DNA of 64,000 bases, from positions 22,928,107 to 22,992,106 of the forward strand of contig JAUZTB010000098.1 of the NCBI GenBank assembly GCA_034780895.1, read 5' to 3'. This document shows, one piece after another, positions 1 to 13,331 of the stretch. Source of the DNA: Rhynchobatus australiae. Lineage: Eukaryota. The notes under the pieces are model-generated. The model was not told the origin of the DNA. It saw only the letters and a program-made list of their open reading frames with translations, and did not search any database. Both the position numbers and the translations under genes were made by a program. Numbering within the stretch: the stretch's first letter is position 1; every line of letters starts with the position of its first letter.

Positions 1-200
1 AAAACCATATTAAATGCAGAAATTGGACCTGTAAACCTTCCTGTAAAAGTCATAACCAGACCAAGGAATTTCAGATACTGTAATTTAAACTGATTGTGTA
101 TTGAACTATAGCCCCCACGTATTCCAGTAAATAAATATTGTAGTTAAAAAAAACTGTAGCTCAGTTTGACAAGGAAAAGAATGGCAATCTGCTTACAGAA

Positions 201-409
201 ATAAAGTCTTGTATTTATACAGTGGCTTGTGTAATTTCTTCATCAAAATAGTGCTTTGGGATCTGTTGCGTCCATCTGAAAGAGCAGATGGGGCTTCAGT
301 TTAACGTCTCATCCAAAGATGGAACCTTTGAATCATTTGTCTAGGACTTGAACCCATAATGTTTGATGAATAGGTGACAGGTACGCTCAAACCAAGCTAC
401 ACCTGACAC
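201..409 (-). mobile_element. Deu-SINE (SacSINE1/AmnSINE1-like), internally deleted
   Basis: Reverse strand reads ...CTTTGGATGAGACGTTAAACTGAAGCCCCATCTGCTCTTTCAGATGGACGCAACAGATCCCAAAGCACTATTT..., matching the recalled Deu domain; tail ...TATAAATACAAGAC and B-box-like GGGTTCAAGTCC present. Confidence 0.7.
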
Positions 410-879
410 TTGGGGAGTTGGCGGCTTTCAGTTTGATTGCCTGGCTTGTGTGATGCTTTGCTGCTCTGCATCCATTATTGCTTCCGTTTTGCTTCATTTA
501 CACTTCTATGTTAACTGTAAGAAATTTAAAACTAGAGCTTTCAGATGAAAGCATTGATGATGTAGCTGTTCAGTTGGATAACTGCTGCGTTGGTGTGTTG
601 CTTCATTCACTTATCCAGAAAACAGTAGTTTCTCCGTTAGCAGAATTTACATTGCCACGGAGATGTGAGGAATTATTATTGGTGCATCTCCAGAGTGAGA
701 ATTTGTTCCTTCTTAAAAAAAAGTACTTTTCATTAAAAAGCTGATGAAATAAACAATTGAATATTCACTGTGATATTAGATTTTTTTTACAAGCTGCTTC
801 TGATTGATTTCTCCATGTGCAGAAGCCTACACAAGGATAAGGTGTTCAACTCCAATTTGCAATTGAAAGTCAAAATTAC

Positions 880-1070
880 TGCTTGCATATTTAACTGCTT
901 TATATGTACTCAATTGATTACACATAAACTTAAGTGTGCCCTCAGTGTGAAGCACTTAATTAAGTGTCAACAGGATGGCGGCTCTCAACAGGATGGATGA
1001 AGCTTAGCAATTTGCCGTGGTAGCCCTCTAAGTAGCCAATTGATAGCAGCAGTGAAGAAGGTCCTTGAGC
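880..1070. promoter_or_regulatory. candidate conserved non-coding element / enhancer
   Basis: Non-repeat segment with 14-bp palindrome CACTTAATTAAGTG (953-966), 12-bp direct repeat TCAACAGGATGG (967-978, 985-996), YY1-like GATGGCGGC and two CAATTG. Confidence 0.3.
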
Positions 1071-1900
1071 AGTGACTCTTTAGGATCATAGTTATTTTAT
1101 GCAGGCTATGGGCAATAGGCATAGCAGTCATATTTAATGTCCCCATCGTTTATATAAAGTATCAAGAACTCCACACACTTGCTTATTGTCTAAAATATAT
1201 TCATATCCTTTTTCATTAAAACTCAGCATTTAAGTTTCAGATGCTGACTTTGAAGCATTAAGTGAAATCCCTTCATGAAACCTGTCAGGTGTGTAAAGAT
1301 ATGTGGTCAAGATAAGGCCTGAAGTGACATCTAGCCTGGAGTCAGGATAAAAAGACAGGGCAAGATAAGATTGAATGTCCGAAGGCATAGAGGAGACAGG
1401 ACTGGATATAGCTGTGAGCAGGCAATGAACAGAGAAATTGATGTGGAGTGAGAAGGATGAGATTTTGTCTTGCGTGTCAACCTGGGGGTAAAGGATGACA
1501 CACATAAAATGGTACTTAAGCTGCAGTTTGATGTAGATTTTTGTGACCTGTGACTGATGTCTCCCCTGTCAGTCTGCATGAATATCACAATTGCAATAGG
1601 ATTTTGCTGTAAATGCTATCTAGCAATAGATGCGTTCCTTGCGTGTTCAAATGGCCAAGTCTGCCTCCAAGCCACAGAAGAAAATTCCAAAATTGTTTTA
1701 GATTTCCAACATCTGCAGTTTTTTTGATTTTTTTTTCAACATTCCAAATTCAATCTTTTGACAATTTTGAGTTAACAGGCTGCACCTGGGGCGGTAATAT
1801 GGGCACCACAATTAGATTTGGTACTTCAGGATTGGCAAGGATAAAAATGAGAAAGGAAATAAGAATTGAAAAGCAGAAAAAAGCCACTTACGCTCGATTT

Positions 1901-2070
1901 CTGAAATAACAAAAAGAAATGCTGAAAGTACTCAGGAGATCAGACAGCATCTATGGAGAGAGGAACAGGGTAAATGGTTCAAGTTCATTGATCTGAAGTG
2001 TTAAATGTTTACCTTTCCATGCAGGTTGCCTGACCTGCTGAGTATTTTAAACATTTTCTGTTTTTATTTC
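1901..2070. mobile_element. fold-back (palindromic) Penelope-terminal-repeat derivative
   Basis: Left arm GAAATGCTGAAAGTACTCAGGAGATCAGACAGCATC... is the imperfect reverse complement of right arm ...GTTGCCTGACCTGCTGAGTATTTTAAACATTTTC; same family as the termini of the GIY-YIG-bearing copies. Confidence 0.75.
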
Positions 2071-3025
2071 TTAAGAGATAGCTAGCCAGGGACATGAATT
2101 TCTGAGTAAACCTGTTGATTGAATTGGATTTGGCTCAAGATGGTGATATGCTCACAGTGGTCACCTTGTATTTAGTGGAGTATGACTATTTGTGGGAGAT
2201 TGTTAGAAAGGCCAGCCAATAATCTTATAATCAGATAAGTAGCACTGAAGGATTAGTTTGTACCTTTGTGGAAGAAAATTGAGAAAGAAATGGGAAAAGG
2301 TATTGAGTACACCTGTGCATTATGGTTGTAGGCTGTGTTGACAAGTCTGCATTTATGCCAATTTCTTGTCGCAATATGATGGGATTGGGTGTGTGACCTG
2401 TGCTAAACCATGTGATATCTGACTACTCTGTGTGTATTTTTGGGGAAGTGGAAAGAGAACTTGGATTTTGCCGACCACAAACTTGCACTGAAGCATCGGG
2501 TTCCGATTGAAAACTATGTATTCAGCAAAGATAAACAAACCCTACAGGCATTTATAGATTTCTCATTACCTTGAATTTGAGGCTGTTGAATGTGCTGATG
2601 GATTTTCATGCATTTCAGATAGTTGGCTGACCAAATGAAACGCCAGTTCATTAAAAATGCCATCAAGTTGAGGAAGGATTACAATACGGTTTTGGCTTCA
2701 GGATTAATAACAAATAAGGAATATCTCTCTATTTTGAAATTTTGTGATGTACTGTGTTTAAGAGAACCAATGAATGATTAAGCACTTCTGCCTTGATGGT
2801 AAAGAGCAGAAGTGTGCAGATTCACATTCATCTCTAGCATTGAATCTCATGCAAGACACAAGCCAAATATTGCAGACGCTGCAAATGCAAAAATACTGGA
2901 CGTTGTCATGAGCCATTTTAGTGGAAAATGGTGTTTTTTATTTCAGGTTGATATTTGGATCAGAACTCAGCAAGCCTTTGGTACTGCTTTACTGGTAGCC
3001 TTGTGTCTCTTAAGAGAGGGAAAAG

Positions 3026-3085
3026 TTTGAAAAAGATGGATAGGAATGTGATGTGTTTGAAAGAGATGGATAGGATGGTGATGTG
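3026..3085. repeat. 30-bp tandem duplication (2 copies, 3 mismatches)
   Basis: TTTGAAAAAGATGGATAGGAATGTGATGTG / TTTGAAAGAGATGGATAGGATGGTGATGTG. Confidence 0.9.
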
Positions 3086-3432
3086 ACATGTTGTGATATT
3101 CTTCACAGTGATGTTGCCTGCCAAAATATACTGTGGAAATGTGAATGAAATTACAGTGAATTGGACAAGAGAACAGCTGCAGTGTTCTTGAGTATGGACT
3201 TAAATGCATCAGTTATAAATTAGTGCATTTAAAACTGTACTCAGGAACACTGCACATGTGAGGAATGACAATTTTTTAAAAGGAATTAGAATCAAGTCTC
3301 CTTGTGCATTGTGAACTGGGTTAAGTGTTTATTACATTGTATTCCCAAAGAATTTTATGTGGTGGGTCACCCTGAGTTGAATGGATCAGAATTCTGAATG
3401 CAGCCCCACAGAGGACTGAGTAGTGAGGGCAA

Positions 3433-3570
3433 AGATCACTTTACTTATGTGTACAAGTACATGTACGCACAGGTGCAATGGGAAAACTTACTTGCAGCAG
3501 CATCACAAGCACATGGCATCATATAAGCATCATTCACAATAAAAACCATAATTTGCAAGAAAAACATAGA
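3433..3570 (-). mobile_element. LINE 3' end fragment (Rex1/Babar-like)
   Basis: GTGCAATGGGAAAACTTACTTGCAGCAGCATCACAAGCACATGGCATC resembles the reversed 3' terminus of a chondrichthyan Rex-type LINE. Confidence 0.45.
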
Positions 3571-4024
3571 AATTTGCATTAAGAATTGAACTGTTTTTGA
3601 AGTGAGTGCGTGATACAAAGCTGCAGTTGGTACCCTTACGCAACACCAGAACTAGGACACCAAAACATGTAAATGCTGCATTTTAAGTAGTAAATCTGTT
3701 AATTTGTGCAAATCTTCATTTACAGCTGTTGAAAATGTGACAAATATTGTGCTTGGCCAGGTTAACCAGTAGGGGTCACTCTAGGGTTATTGATGAATGG
3801 AGAGAGGTTTCTGCCAGACATAATATTCTTTCAGCAGTTACTAAGCAACAGCTTCACTTTGCTAATCTTGGGTTTATTCTAACAAAATCGCAATGTCTTC
3901 CGTAATTTTCATCTTGAAGCACAGTTTTATTAGGCTTTATTAAGTGTCCCTCAAAGTGACTGCAGCAAAGATCTACATTGAATGATTTGGATTCAGAGAG
4001 GACCAGTATTTGATTTCTAATCTC

Positions 4025-4420
4025 TGCTGATGACACGTGGGGACTGTTTGCTCTTGTATTGGGATAGATAAAAGCCACTGTCTGGAGTGCGTGTTAATTA
4101 TGTACGGAAAGTCTGGATGCATTAATTGTGGAGAGTACAGGCTCAGCTGTGACTTTTCTTCTCCCCCTCCTGTCCACCGTCTCTCTCTGCTTCCCGCCCT
4201 CCCCCAGCCTCACCCACCTAAACATGGCTGATCACGACTTAGACTGTATGCATACATGCAAAAAATATTCACGGACAAGGCCTTTGAGATGACCAGCACT
4301 GCAGGATTGTGCCCTGAAGAATTTCTTAAGGAAACAATGCTGCGAAAATGGTGCACTTGCTTTACGTAACATGTTGCAGTGAAGGATGGTGATAAGGGTC
4401 AGGGTGAATTCAAAGTGAAA
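4025..4420 (+). promoter_or_regulatory. candidate alternative promoter/enhancer
   Basis: E-box CACGTG 4034-4039, C-rich tract with GC box CCCGCCC 4193-4199, YY1-like AACATGGC, palindromic TTACGTAA 4362-4369, locally retained CpGs. Confidence 0.35.
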
Positions 4421-6069
4421 TGACAAATATGAACTTTCTAAATTGTTGAAGATATTATTTGTTTGAGGTACATTTCCCAGTTGGTTTAAGAAAAATGGGG
4501 TAAAAGTTGAAAACANNNNNNNNNNNNNNNNGATATTTCATTTTTCTGATGAATGAAAATATATGCTCATTCTCCAAGGAGAGCTGTTAATTTGCTTTGT
4601 ATCTTAGGAATCTGTAAAATCTGTTGATAGATTACAAAGAACCCGTCAGTTGCTCTTGTTCGGTTGTGTTGTTTCATCGGGATGGAGATGGATGTTCTGC
4701 TTTCGTCTGTGCTTCTGGTTTGTCAGAAATGTTTCAGAGCAGCTGATGCCAATTCTCCTTTCTTTTGCATAGGTACATAAATTAAGGCTTGTGCCGTGTG
4801 AAATTTGCAAAGGGATTATGGAATTGGGAATTTTCATGCTTTGTTGAACACCATTTCTGGAACTGACGACTTGTATTTCTTGGGTTACTGTGCCTGGGAA
4901 ACAACTGTCACAGATTTGTTTTTTCAGAAAGTGACTTGCTTACGGGGTGAATGTTGCAAGACCACAGGACTTGATTTCTTTAACCTGTAACTGATGCTGC
5001 TAACATTTTAGTGACCGGCAATTTGAGATAATTGGATACTTCTTGCAAATTTCCAGCTGGGTTACAGATATTACTGCAAAAACTGATAATAACATTCAGT
5101 TTTTAGGGGGATGGGTCTGAATTCTGGAAGATCGAATTTAAAATACTTTGTTTTAAATTGAGTAAAGCCGATAATGCTTTGACACTATTAAGTACTTAAA
5201 TCAAAAGCTCTTTGAAACAAACCATACTGAGGATATTTAACATATGGCACAGCTGCCATATTAACTTTAAATGTCCTTTCTTGTTTGTATGAAGTGAAGG
5301 AAATGGCTTGACATGCCAGCTGAATGTCAACACCTCTCACGAAGTCAAATAAACTTGCATTGCAAACCGAAACATAATTATAATAGTATTTCAGCAGACT
5401 AATTAGAAATGTAATGCTCATGTCAAGGAAAGGACTTGATCAAGGGGCATTTACATCGCACAGACCAAGGCAGGTTAACAAATGGGGAAAAATACAGACC
5501 AGAAACACAGACTCATGGAGTGAATTTTGTCTTCTGTGGAGAACAGCAGAGTTGGTCGAGTCTGTTGTGGTGAAGGTTATTGATCACCTAATTTTTGTAA
5601 GAGCCTGTTACACAGATGAGTAGACCTCAACAACCCCATTTTTCAATGTTCTGTGGCTGTCTCTCCCCAGATTAACTACAACTTTAATTTCCGTATACTG
5701 CAATCTATCAAACGTTGGCACATTTGTGGGACTCTCTGCAACCACACTAATCACACCCATCCCAGTTCCAAACACTTGCACAGAATAATGTATTATAAGC
5801 TTCAATATGATGTGATAACAATATTGTGAGTCATGAACTGAAGAGCTGTGCAGTGTCTGAAATGGAGGACAGAGTTAATTTACCTTCAAAATGGAGCAGT
5901 TAACCTTGTATCTTGGAGGTTACAGAATGGAAAAGAGGCTCGGGTTTGCGCTTAAGCTGTGCCAGATGCAGGATGTGCAATGTTCTTGAATCTGTGGAAA
6001 ATAATTAGCATGGAAGAGATGGGCAGTATTGTATTTGTCTACAAGTGAGTATTTACATGATTGCACAGA

Positions 6070-6355
6070 GATCTAGATTGCTTACAATCGGTACCTCAAA
6101 GCACTGAGAAGAAACTGCCAACATGGTCTCTGTGAAATTCATTGGAATGACAAACAAACCAATGTCAGCATCCTCTCCGAGACCTGCACTCACCACATGA
6201 GGTTAATTTGACTGTGTTGGGAAGGCCATGTCTTTCGCATGTCTGATATTTGCTCTGGAAACAAACTGTGTTCCAAGCTCTGTGTCACAGGAAGAGCTTA
6301 TCAGGCAGACAGCTTGAACGATGTGCTGAAATCTCCTTGGAGAAAATGCAGCGTA
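6070..6355 (+). mobile_element. RTE-clade LINE ORF2 3' fragment (decayed)
   Basis: Encodes remnants of ...LKAL..IHW.D.QTNVSIL..WEGHVFRMSD..HRKSLSGRQ..LEKC, typical RTE C-terminal region. Confidence 0.65.
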
Positions 6356-6584
6356 CNNNNNNNNNNAATCATGAGTTCATGTATTGGTTGTTTGTATATC
6401 ACCTCACAAACCACACTCTCCTCACCTTTTCCAGCAGCTCTTTCCCCATCTGTGGAAGAATTGGATGTTCCCACATTTGCTTCACCAGTTAGCTTAAAAC
6501 CTACAAAATTCAACTGAATGCAAGTCATCCTCAACTTCAAGGAACTGTTTCAGAGAAGCTTGAAAGCAGTTTAGATTTTGGCAA

Positions 6585-6975
6585 GGAAGGAGAAATAATC
6601 AACTAGGAGAGTAAAACAGGATGGAGAGTAAACTTGCAGGGAACATAAAAGTGGACTGTAAAAGCTATAAATAAGTATAAAGAAAAAGATGAGTGAATTC
6701 AAATCAAGTCCCGTGTACTCAGAAACAGGGGAATACATAATGGGGGATTATGGAATCGTTTTTGCAGATTGAAGCATAACAAATGCAAGTCTGCTATTTC
6801 GAGAGAGAGAGAAAACACCAAGAGGGTAGTGAACTTCTGGAATATCCTACCATGTAAGGCAGTGGAGGCCAAGTTCATAAATATATTCAGGAAGGAGGTA
6901 GATATATTCTATAACAGCATGGGGATCAATGGATATGGAGATAAGGTGGAACAGTATTAAAATGGATGATCAGCC
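6585..6975 (+). mobile_element. CR1 (HER1-like) LINE fragments
   Basis: ORF 6769-6960 contains RVVNFWNILPCKAVEAKFINIFRKEVDIF...GINGYG, the CR1 ORF2 C-terminus. Confidence 0.8.
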
Positions 6976-7400
6976 CATCAGGTCCATGTTGACCAAGATG
7001 CTTTGTGGAGCTCATCTCATTTGCCTGCATTTGGCCCATATCCCTCGAAACCTTTCCGATCCATGAACCTGCCCAAATGACTTTTGAACCTGGTAATGGT
7101 AACCAGCTCTCCACATCCTCTGGCAGCTCATTCCACATAGCCACCGCCCTCTCTGTGGAAGCACTTGCCCCTCATGTCTTCTGTTAATCTTCCTCCTTGC
7201 ATCTTAAAACTATGCTCTCTAGTTTTAGTCTCTCCTACACTGGGGGGAAAAGAGACTGTGACTATTCACTTTATTTATGTGCATTAGGGTTTTATAAACA
7301 TGTATCAGGTCACCCCTCAGCTGCCTTTGCTCCAGGGAAAGTAATCCCAACCTATCCAATCTATCCTTAGAACTCGAGCTCGCCAGTCCCAGCAACATGG
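6976..7400 (-). mobile_element. CR1 (HER1-like) LINE 3' end
   Basis: Reverse strand encodes ...AMWNELPEDV...; motifs CTGAGGGGTGACCTGATA and TCTAAAACTAGAGAGCATAG-like present. Confidence 0.85.
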
Positions 7401-10224
7401 TTGGAGGAAGTAAAAAAGGACACTTTTTCTGATTTAGGATGATAGTTGGTTTAAGACAACGTGATTTATAATGACTTCAATACAGGTTCTATGGTTACAA
7501 GTGACTGACTAGTTTGCTTTTTATTTTCCATGTGGTATGTTTTCCCACACAGAAAACATTGGATGCCGGATCTTTCCCTGTATTTTTGTTCAGCTCTTGT
7601 TTGTTCAGGTAGCCAGTTTGTTTCAAACCCCGCTGATCCATCCTGAAACATCTTCTGGTGCCAACTTCCCTTACGATTATTATTGTCCCATTGTCATTTG
7701 AGATGCAAAGCTTTGTTAGATGGGTTTCCAGGAAATCTCTACTTCCCAGAGACGAACAAGTTTTCTCCAAGCTGTGACTCATAATCTCAAGCAATGTGGT
7801 GCTTTCTAAACAGGGAACCTTTCCATTGGAGTGAACCTGTGACGGACATTGCTACTATTGAGTGGCACATATAGTCTTCTGGGGCACTTTGGTAAGCAAT
7901 AAGGCTGATGATGAGATCAGTTTTCTTCGACAAATCTGAAAGGTGGTCCCCAAATTTGTGGCTTGCAGGAACAACGTGCATTTATTTAGGGTTGCTTGGA
8001 AAACAGTGTCAGTCGATGCAATTCACAGAAGTATTCTCAAGCAAAGACTCTGAACCACGTGGACTTGAGAGCAGATTTGATGAATGACATGGACACATTC
8101 AATAAATAAGAGCTTCTGAAAATATTCTTCAGAGGTCTTAGTTTTAGAGTGTATGCAGCAGAGATTGTACAGTTTGCCACTTATTCTGTCCTGTGATAAA
8201 ATTGTCATGTTTAAGATGTTGTGCTTGCACTAATTGAAGGAGCAGTTGATTTTCGCAGCAACTTAGTTTGGTCATTAGGCCTGCAGAATAGATGTCAAAT
8301 CTTGCTCAATGTTAATTCAATGTCTATAGGCTGAAGGTTTGATACAAGAACAGCAAAAGAACAGGAAAATAAGAATGTTGTCATTGGCAACTTCAACAAC
8401 ATCTTGCACTTCTCTGCATTTGCTGAAAGTATGCTTTGCTCCCTCAGCTAAGATGTACAGCCTAATGACTTACAATGCTTTTTTTAACAAAGAAAAACAT
8501 TTTCTGTTTCTTTTGCTGGACTCAGTTACTGATCACAGTTTATCACATTTGAGAGTCGAATAGATTTTGCTGCCTTGTTTGCTTTTGGGTGGTTCTTGGT
8601 AGCCAGAGAACAATAAGAGCATGACAAGTTACTCCAAGTAATTTTCTTCCTGGAGAGAAAGAAATCTGCTTTAATTATTGAAGNNNNNNNNNNTTTGGTC
8701 TATGCATGGCAGAGGACAGAAAAGTGTGCCATCCGTTCAAAAATGTAATTTGCATTTCTTTATCTGATGTAAACAAAGAAGGCAACAAGGTGGGTACTAA
8801 TCACAGCCATGCTTGAATGCATCAGAGACAGGGAAAAGGTTGAAGTTTTCATTCAGATTTACAGGAGTTCATTGGAAGCTTATCTTTCAGTGTGACACAC
8901 AACACACTTTGACCTTTTATTTTAGAATGACAGAATGGATAACAGAATCAATCACTTCTATAATGTTGTCATTGTTTCCATTAATAGGATGAACCAAGGC
9001 TTTTTTTTTCTATTCATATACTGGACTGACACACTTACATTGTGGGGGAGGGTGTCAGCAAGGATGCTGACTGTATGGAGTTCCTTCCCACATGCTTTGA
9101 TAGGATTTCCTTCACAAATGCAGTACATCTACTAATAGTGATTTGAGATAAACATAATGCAGTCAAAACAACAGACTCTTAAAAACATTGCTGTAGAATG
9201 GCACACGGAGGAATATGGAAGCAGAATCAGAATTGGGACACAGATTTGATTCTCTGGGAAAAGGTCAAATGCCAGCCCAATTTGGGCTGATTTAACGTCT
9301 TTTGTTTTTAAATCTGAGATCCCTGCATAGAGTGGTGGGAATTTAATTTCCCTGGTGGTCTATAAATGACCTACATCAGATTTTGTTGATATTCTAAAAG
9401 GATTGGCTACCTCTTGCTGCATGTGTCCCAGTCTGCCTTGTTTTGAGACTTGAAATGAATTTTAGATAGTTTGAACTTGAACTTCAGTTAATCCTAAGAG
9501 ATGATGAATTCCACATTGAAGTTTGAAGTGAGGAGTTGGCATTCATATTTTGGCTTTGCAAAATGTAATGAGGAAAATTAATAATGGAAGCAATTACTTT
9601 CTAGACACAGTCAATTGAAGTTTGAATATTATTTAACCTTTTATCAAGAAACTCATATTTCTGAATTAAGCCACAGTGTTAAGATGTATTTCTTTTAATT
9701 TGGCCTTGTTTTAGAAAAGCATTCAAAGGCCATTCTGTTATAAACATTTTTATGGCTTTGCATTTCATTCTTTTTGAGCTTCAAGGTTAAATGATCTCAT
9801 TTCCAAAGTATTGAGTTTCCAACGATCTTGTATTTTCCTCCATTTGTTTTCTTAACATCAAGAGATTGAAATCAGGAGCCATGTGGTTCATTTAGTAATG
9901 GCACTGACCCATGCTCTTTAACCCATGTTCAAGGCTCCCTGACTGACAGGAACTGGAACGGAAGATTATAGACAAGTATTAAAGTAAATCTGCAGATGAA
10001 TAATGAGATATTCTGCAGTCTGGAAAATAAAGGATATTGTTTTGGAATAATGTCATTATTTTAGCATTTAAATTTTTTTTAGAGAATATAATACTTTTCA
10101 GGCATTGTAAATCCTCTGGTTCTGTTTTATGGAGGGTAAAAGCAATGTTTAAGGCAAGGTCTACAATTAAGATGCATTATTAGAAGAACATTGCAATGTT
10201 ATTTTCTGTTTTTAAAATTTAAAT

Positions 10225-10345
10225 TTACAGTGTGGTAACAGGCCCTTCTGGCCCATCCAGTCCACACTGCCCATTTTAAACCCCAAATTAACCTACCCGT
10301 ACATCTTTAGAATGTGGGAGGAAACCGGAGCACCCAGAGGAAACC
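10225..10345 (-). mobile_element. HE1-type V-SINE 3' part, truncated by gap
   Basis: TGTGGGAGGAAACCGGAGCACCCAGAGGAAACC is the reverse complement of the V-domain GGTTTCCTCCGGGTGCTCCGGTTTCCTCCCACA; CR1-like tail ACAGGCCCTTCTGGCCCA. Confidence 0.85.
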
Positions 10346-11006
10346 NNNNNNNNNNNNNNNNNNNNNNNNNNNNNNNNNNNNNNNNNNNNNNNNNNNNNNN
10401 NNNNNNNNNNNNNNNNNNNNNNNNNNNNNNNNNNNNNNNNNNNNNNNNNNNNNNNNNNNNNNNNNNNNNNNNNNNNNNNNNNNNNNNNNNNNNNNNNNNN
10501 NNNNNNNNNNNNNNNNNNNNNNNNNNNNNNNNNNNNNNNNNNNNNNNNNNNNNNNNNNNNNNNNNNNNNNNNNNNNNNNNNNNNNNNNNNNNNNNNNNNN
10601 NNNNNNNNNNNNNNNNNNNNNNNNNNNNNNNNNNNNNNNNNNNNNNNNNNNNNNNNNNNNNNNNNNNNNNNNNNNNNNNNNNNNNNNNNNNNNNNNNNNN
10701 NNNNNNNNNNNNNNNNNNNNNNNNNNNNNNNNNNNNNNNNNNNNNNNNNNNNNNNNNNNNNNNNNNNNNNNNNNNNNNNNNNNNNNNNNNNNNNNNNNNN
10801 NNNNNNNNNNNNNNNNNNNNNNNNNNNNNNNNNNNNNNNNNNNNNNNNNNNNNNNNNNNNNNNNNNNNNNNNNNNNNNNNNNNNNNNNNNNNNNNNNNNN
10901 NNNNNNNNNNNNNNNNNNNNNNNNNNNNNNNNNNNNNNNNNNNNNNNNNNNNNNNNNNNNNNNNNNNNNNNNNNNNNNNNNNNNNNNNNNNNNNNNNNNN
11001 NNNNNN

Positions 11007-11081
11007 TGTACGATCGGTTTGTAAGACAAGCTTTTCACTGTACCTCGGTACAAGTGACAATAATAAACCAATACCAATACT
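11007..11081 (+). mobile_element. Rex1/Babar-type LINE extreme 3' end
   Basis: TTTTCACTGTACCTCGGTACAAGTGACAATAATAAACCAATACCAATAC is the reverse complement of the termini at 29386 and 39907. Confidence 0.75.
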
Positions 11082-13331
11082 AAGTCATGAAAAAGCTAGA
11101 AGCATGTTTGTTATCTTTTTGTGCAAATCAGATTTGACTCTTGATCCTTAAACATATTCCACATTCTGATAGCAATCCACTGATATTCTGACATTTCAGA
11201 TATGGCTACTTGCCATTTTATCTTCAGATGTGATGAAATAAAAGAATGTTTCCTGAACAAAAAGATAAGGACACAGTAACCACAGTGGTCTCTGACACTG
11301 CCTACAAACTGCTGTTGTCAGAACAGAGAAAGAAATTCTGAAAGGTAGTTAATGTTGTACAGAGCTGAGGAGGAATGTGTAGGGCTAAGTGAATACCTGT
11401 TATTGGGTGAGGTTGGGTTGCCATGAGAATAAGTTGTCGAGGTTATAATAGTAAATGGGGGGCAGGTGGGGAAAAAAGGGAAGGAAAGCTATGAGATGAG
11501 AATACTCACCTCGTACCAGACAATAAAACATGAGTTGTGAAATGCAGGGTTGCAGGATGTGCCCAGCAGTTCAGGCTGTGCTAATGGGAAGAGGAAAACT
11601 GAGCCAATATCGCAGATGGATACGACTTGCAGCAGAAATGGCAGGTTCTGAGGAAAAGCTCACCTGCTTTCTCACGTTGATGTGGTTTCAATATAAGAAT
11701 TGAATTAGTTCACTGAAGATCACTTTTAAGTCTTTTTTTTCTCTTCAATATCATTTTTTTTGCTGGAAAGAAAGAATGTCCTATGGTTACGGTAATCAAT
11801 CCTATAATGTTTGCATCGCGTTATAATGAAACCAAGCATCAGCATTATACAATTTGGTGTGTGACTTTGAATTCTTATGCAGNNNNNNNNNNNNNNNNNN
11901 NNNNNNNNNNNNNNNNNNNNNNNNNNNNNNNNNNNNNNNNNNNNNNNNNNNNNNNNNNNNNNNNNNNNNNNNNNNNNNNNNNNNNNNNNNNNNNNNNNNN
12001 NNNNNNNNNNNNNNNNNNNNNNNNNNNNNNNNNNNNNNNNNNNNNNNNNNNNNNNNNNNNNNNNNNNNNNNNNNNNNNNNNNNNNNNNNNNNNNNNNNNN
12101 NNNNNNNNNNNNNNNNNNNNNNNNNNNNNNNNNNNNNNNNNNNNNNNNNNNNNNNNNNNNNNNNNNNNNNNNNNNNNNNNNNNNNNNTCGTCCGTAGGTT
12201 CAGCAGCTTTATACTTCTTTGTGTCTTTGAAAACACACATTCTTAGCAACTTCAGGTCAGCCATTTTAAATGAACGATCCTGTTACTTTAGTTTCTAAGA
12301 TTTGTTCATGCAAAAAGGATGGAAGAAAGCATTTTTTTAAAATAGTGACTTCTTGTGGGAGATGGTGAGTCAGACTGACTGGCCACCATGATTGATCCTG
12401 GACCATCTCCAATTGTCAAATCACCACTAGTTAGATGAGTTATTCCAAGTAACTTGGTTCTCAAAAGAGAAAACTGCATTATAAATGAAGGCAAGTAATG
12501 TTTTTTTAAAAAAAAGTGTCATCAACTATCTTTTTAAATGTCAAATACAGGAACAGTCCATTACTGCTTGTATAGTTACTGCCATTTCTGCTGAGTTTAT
12601 GATGTGCATTAAAGGTCACAATTCGTTTAGTTCATTTTTAACATGATTGATTGGCTTAAGGATGTTATGGAAATTGAATATTGTTTTTTTTAATAAAAAT
12701 GAATCTGGAATCAACATCACCAGAGTGGTTTCTATGCCTTGCTGACCCTCATAATATATACCTTCTCTTGTTATAAGTTGGGGCAATTTCTATGCACCTT
12801 CCTTTTCTTCCCACATACCCATTCTTTCAAATAGATGATGAAGCCTATGCACCTATTTATTAACATTTGTAGGGTAGTTTAGTGGTAGATTTCTCTGGAG
12901 GTCCAAAGCATATGGTGGCTTACCTATGAAATTGCGCTTCCAGTTTTCATTTTAAGCAGTTACAGATCTTAACTAGATGTTGATGCGAGTCAGTGAACCA
13001 GAGCAAGCAAGTGGAAATAAGTTGAGGTGTTCTTTGCACAGGGAAATAAAATAACTGAAGTGCTTTCACTGCAAACATTTCCATTTTTGCAATGGAATCC
13101 ATTCTTGGAAGATTAGTTTTCTATATTCACAACTCAGACCTAACTAAACGATTTGCTCTTTGTTTCCACCAATTACTAAAAATAGACCCAGATGAACGAG
13201 TAGCTCAACAGAATTAGAACATAACCAGTTATTATTGAAACTGGCATTGAAACAATTTTATCGTTGTAATTGGAAAGATTGGGAGGAATTTATTTGAAAA
13301 TATCCTGGAGTCTTCAAAATTGTACATGAGG

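Noticed and set aside
1230-1505. Minus ORF with faint L2 RT-like words (DTQ..SDIQ)
   Set aside because: Too degenerate to support a call
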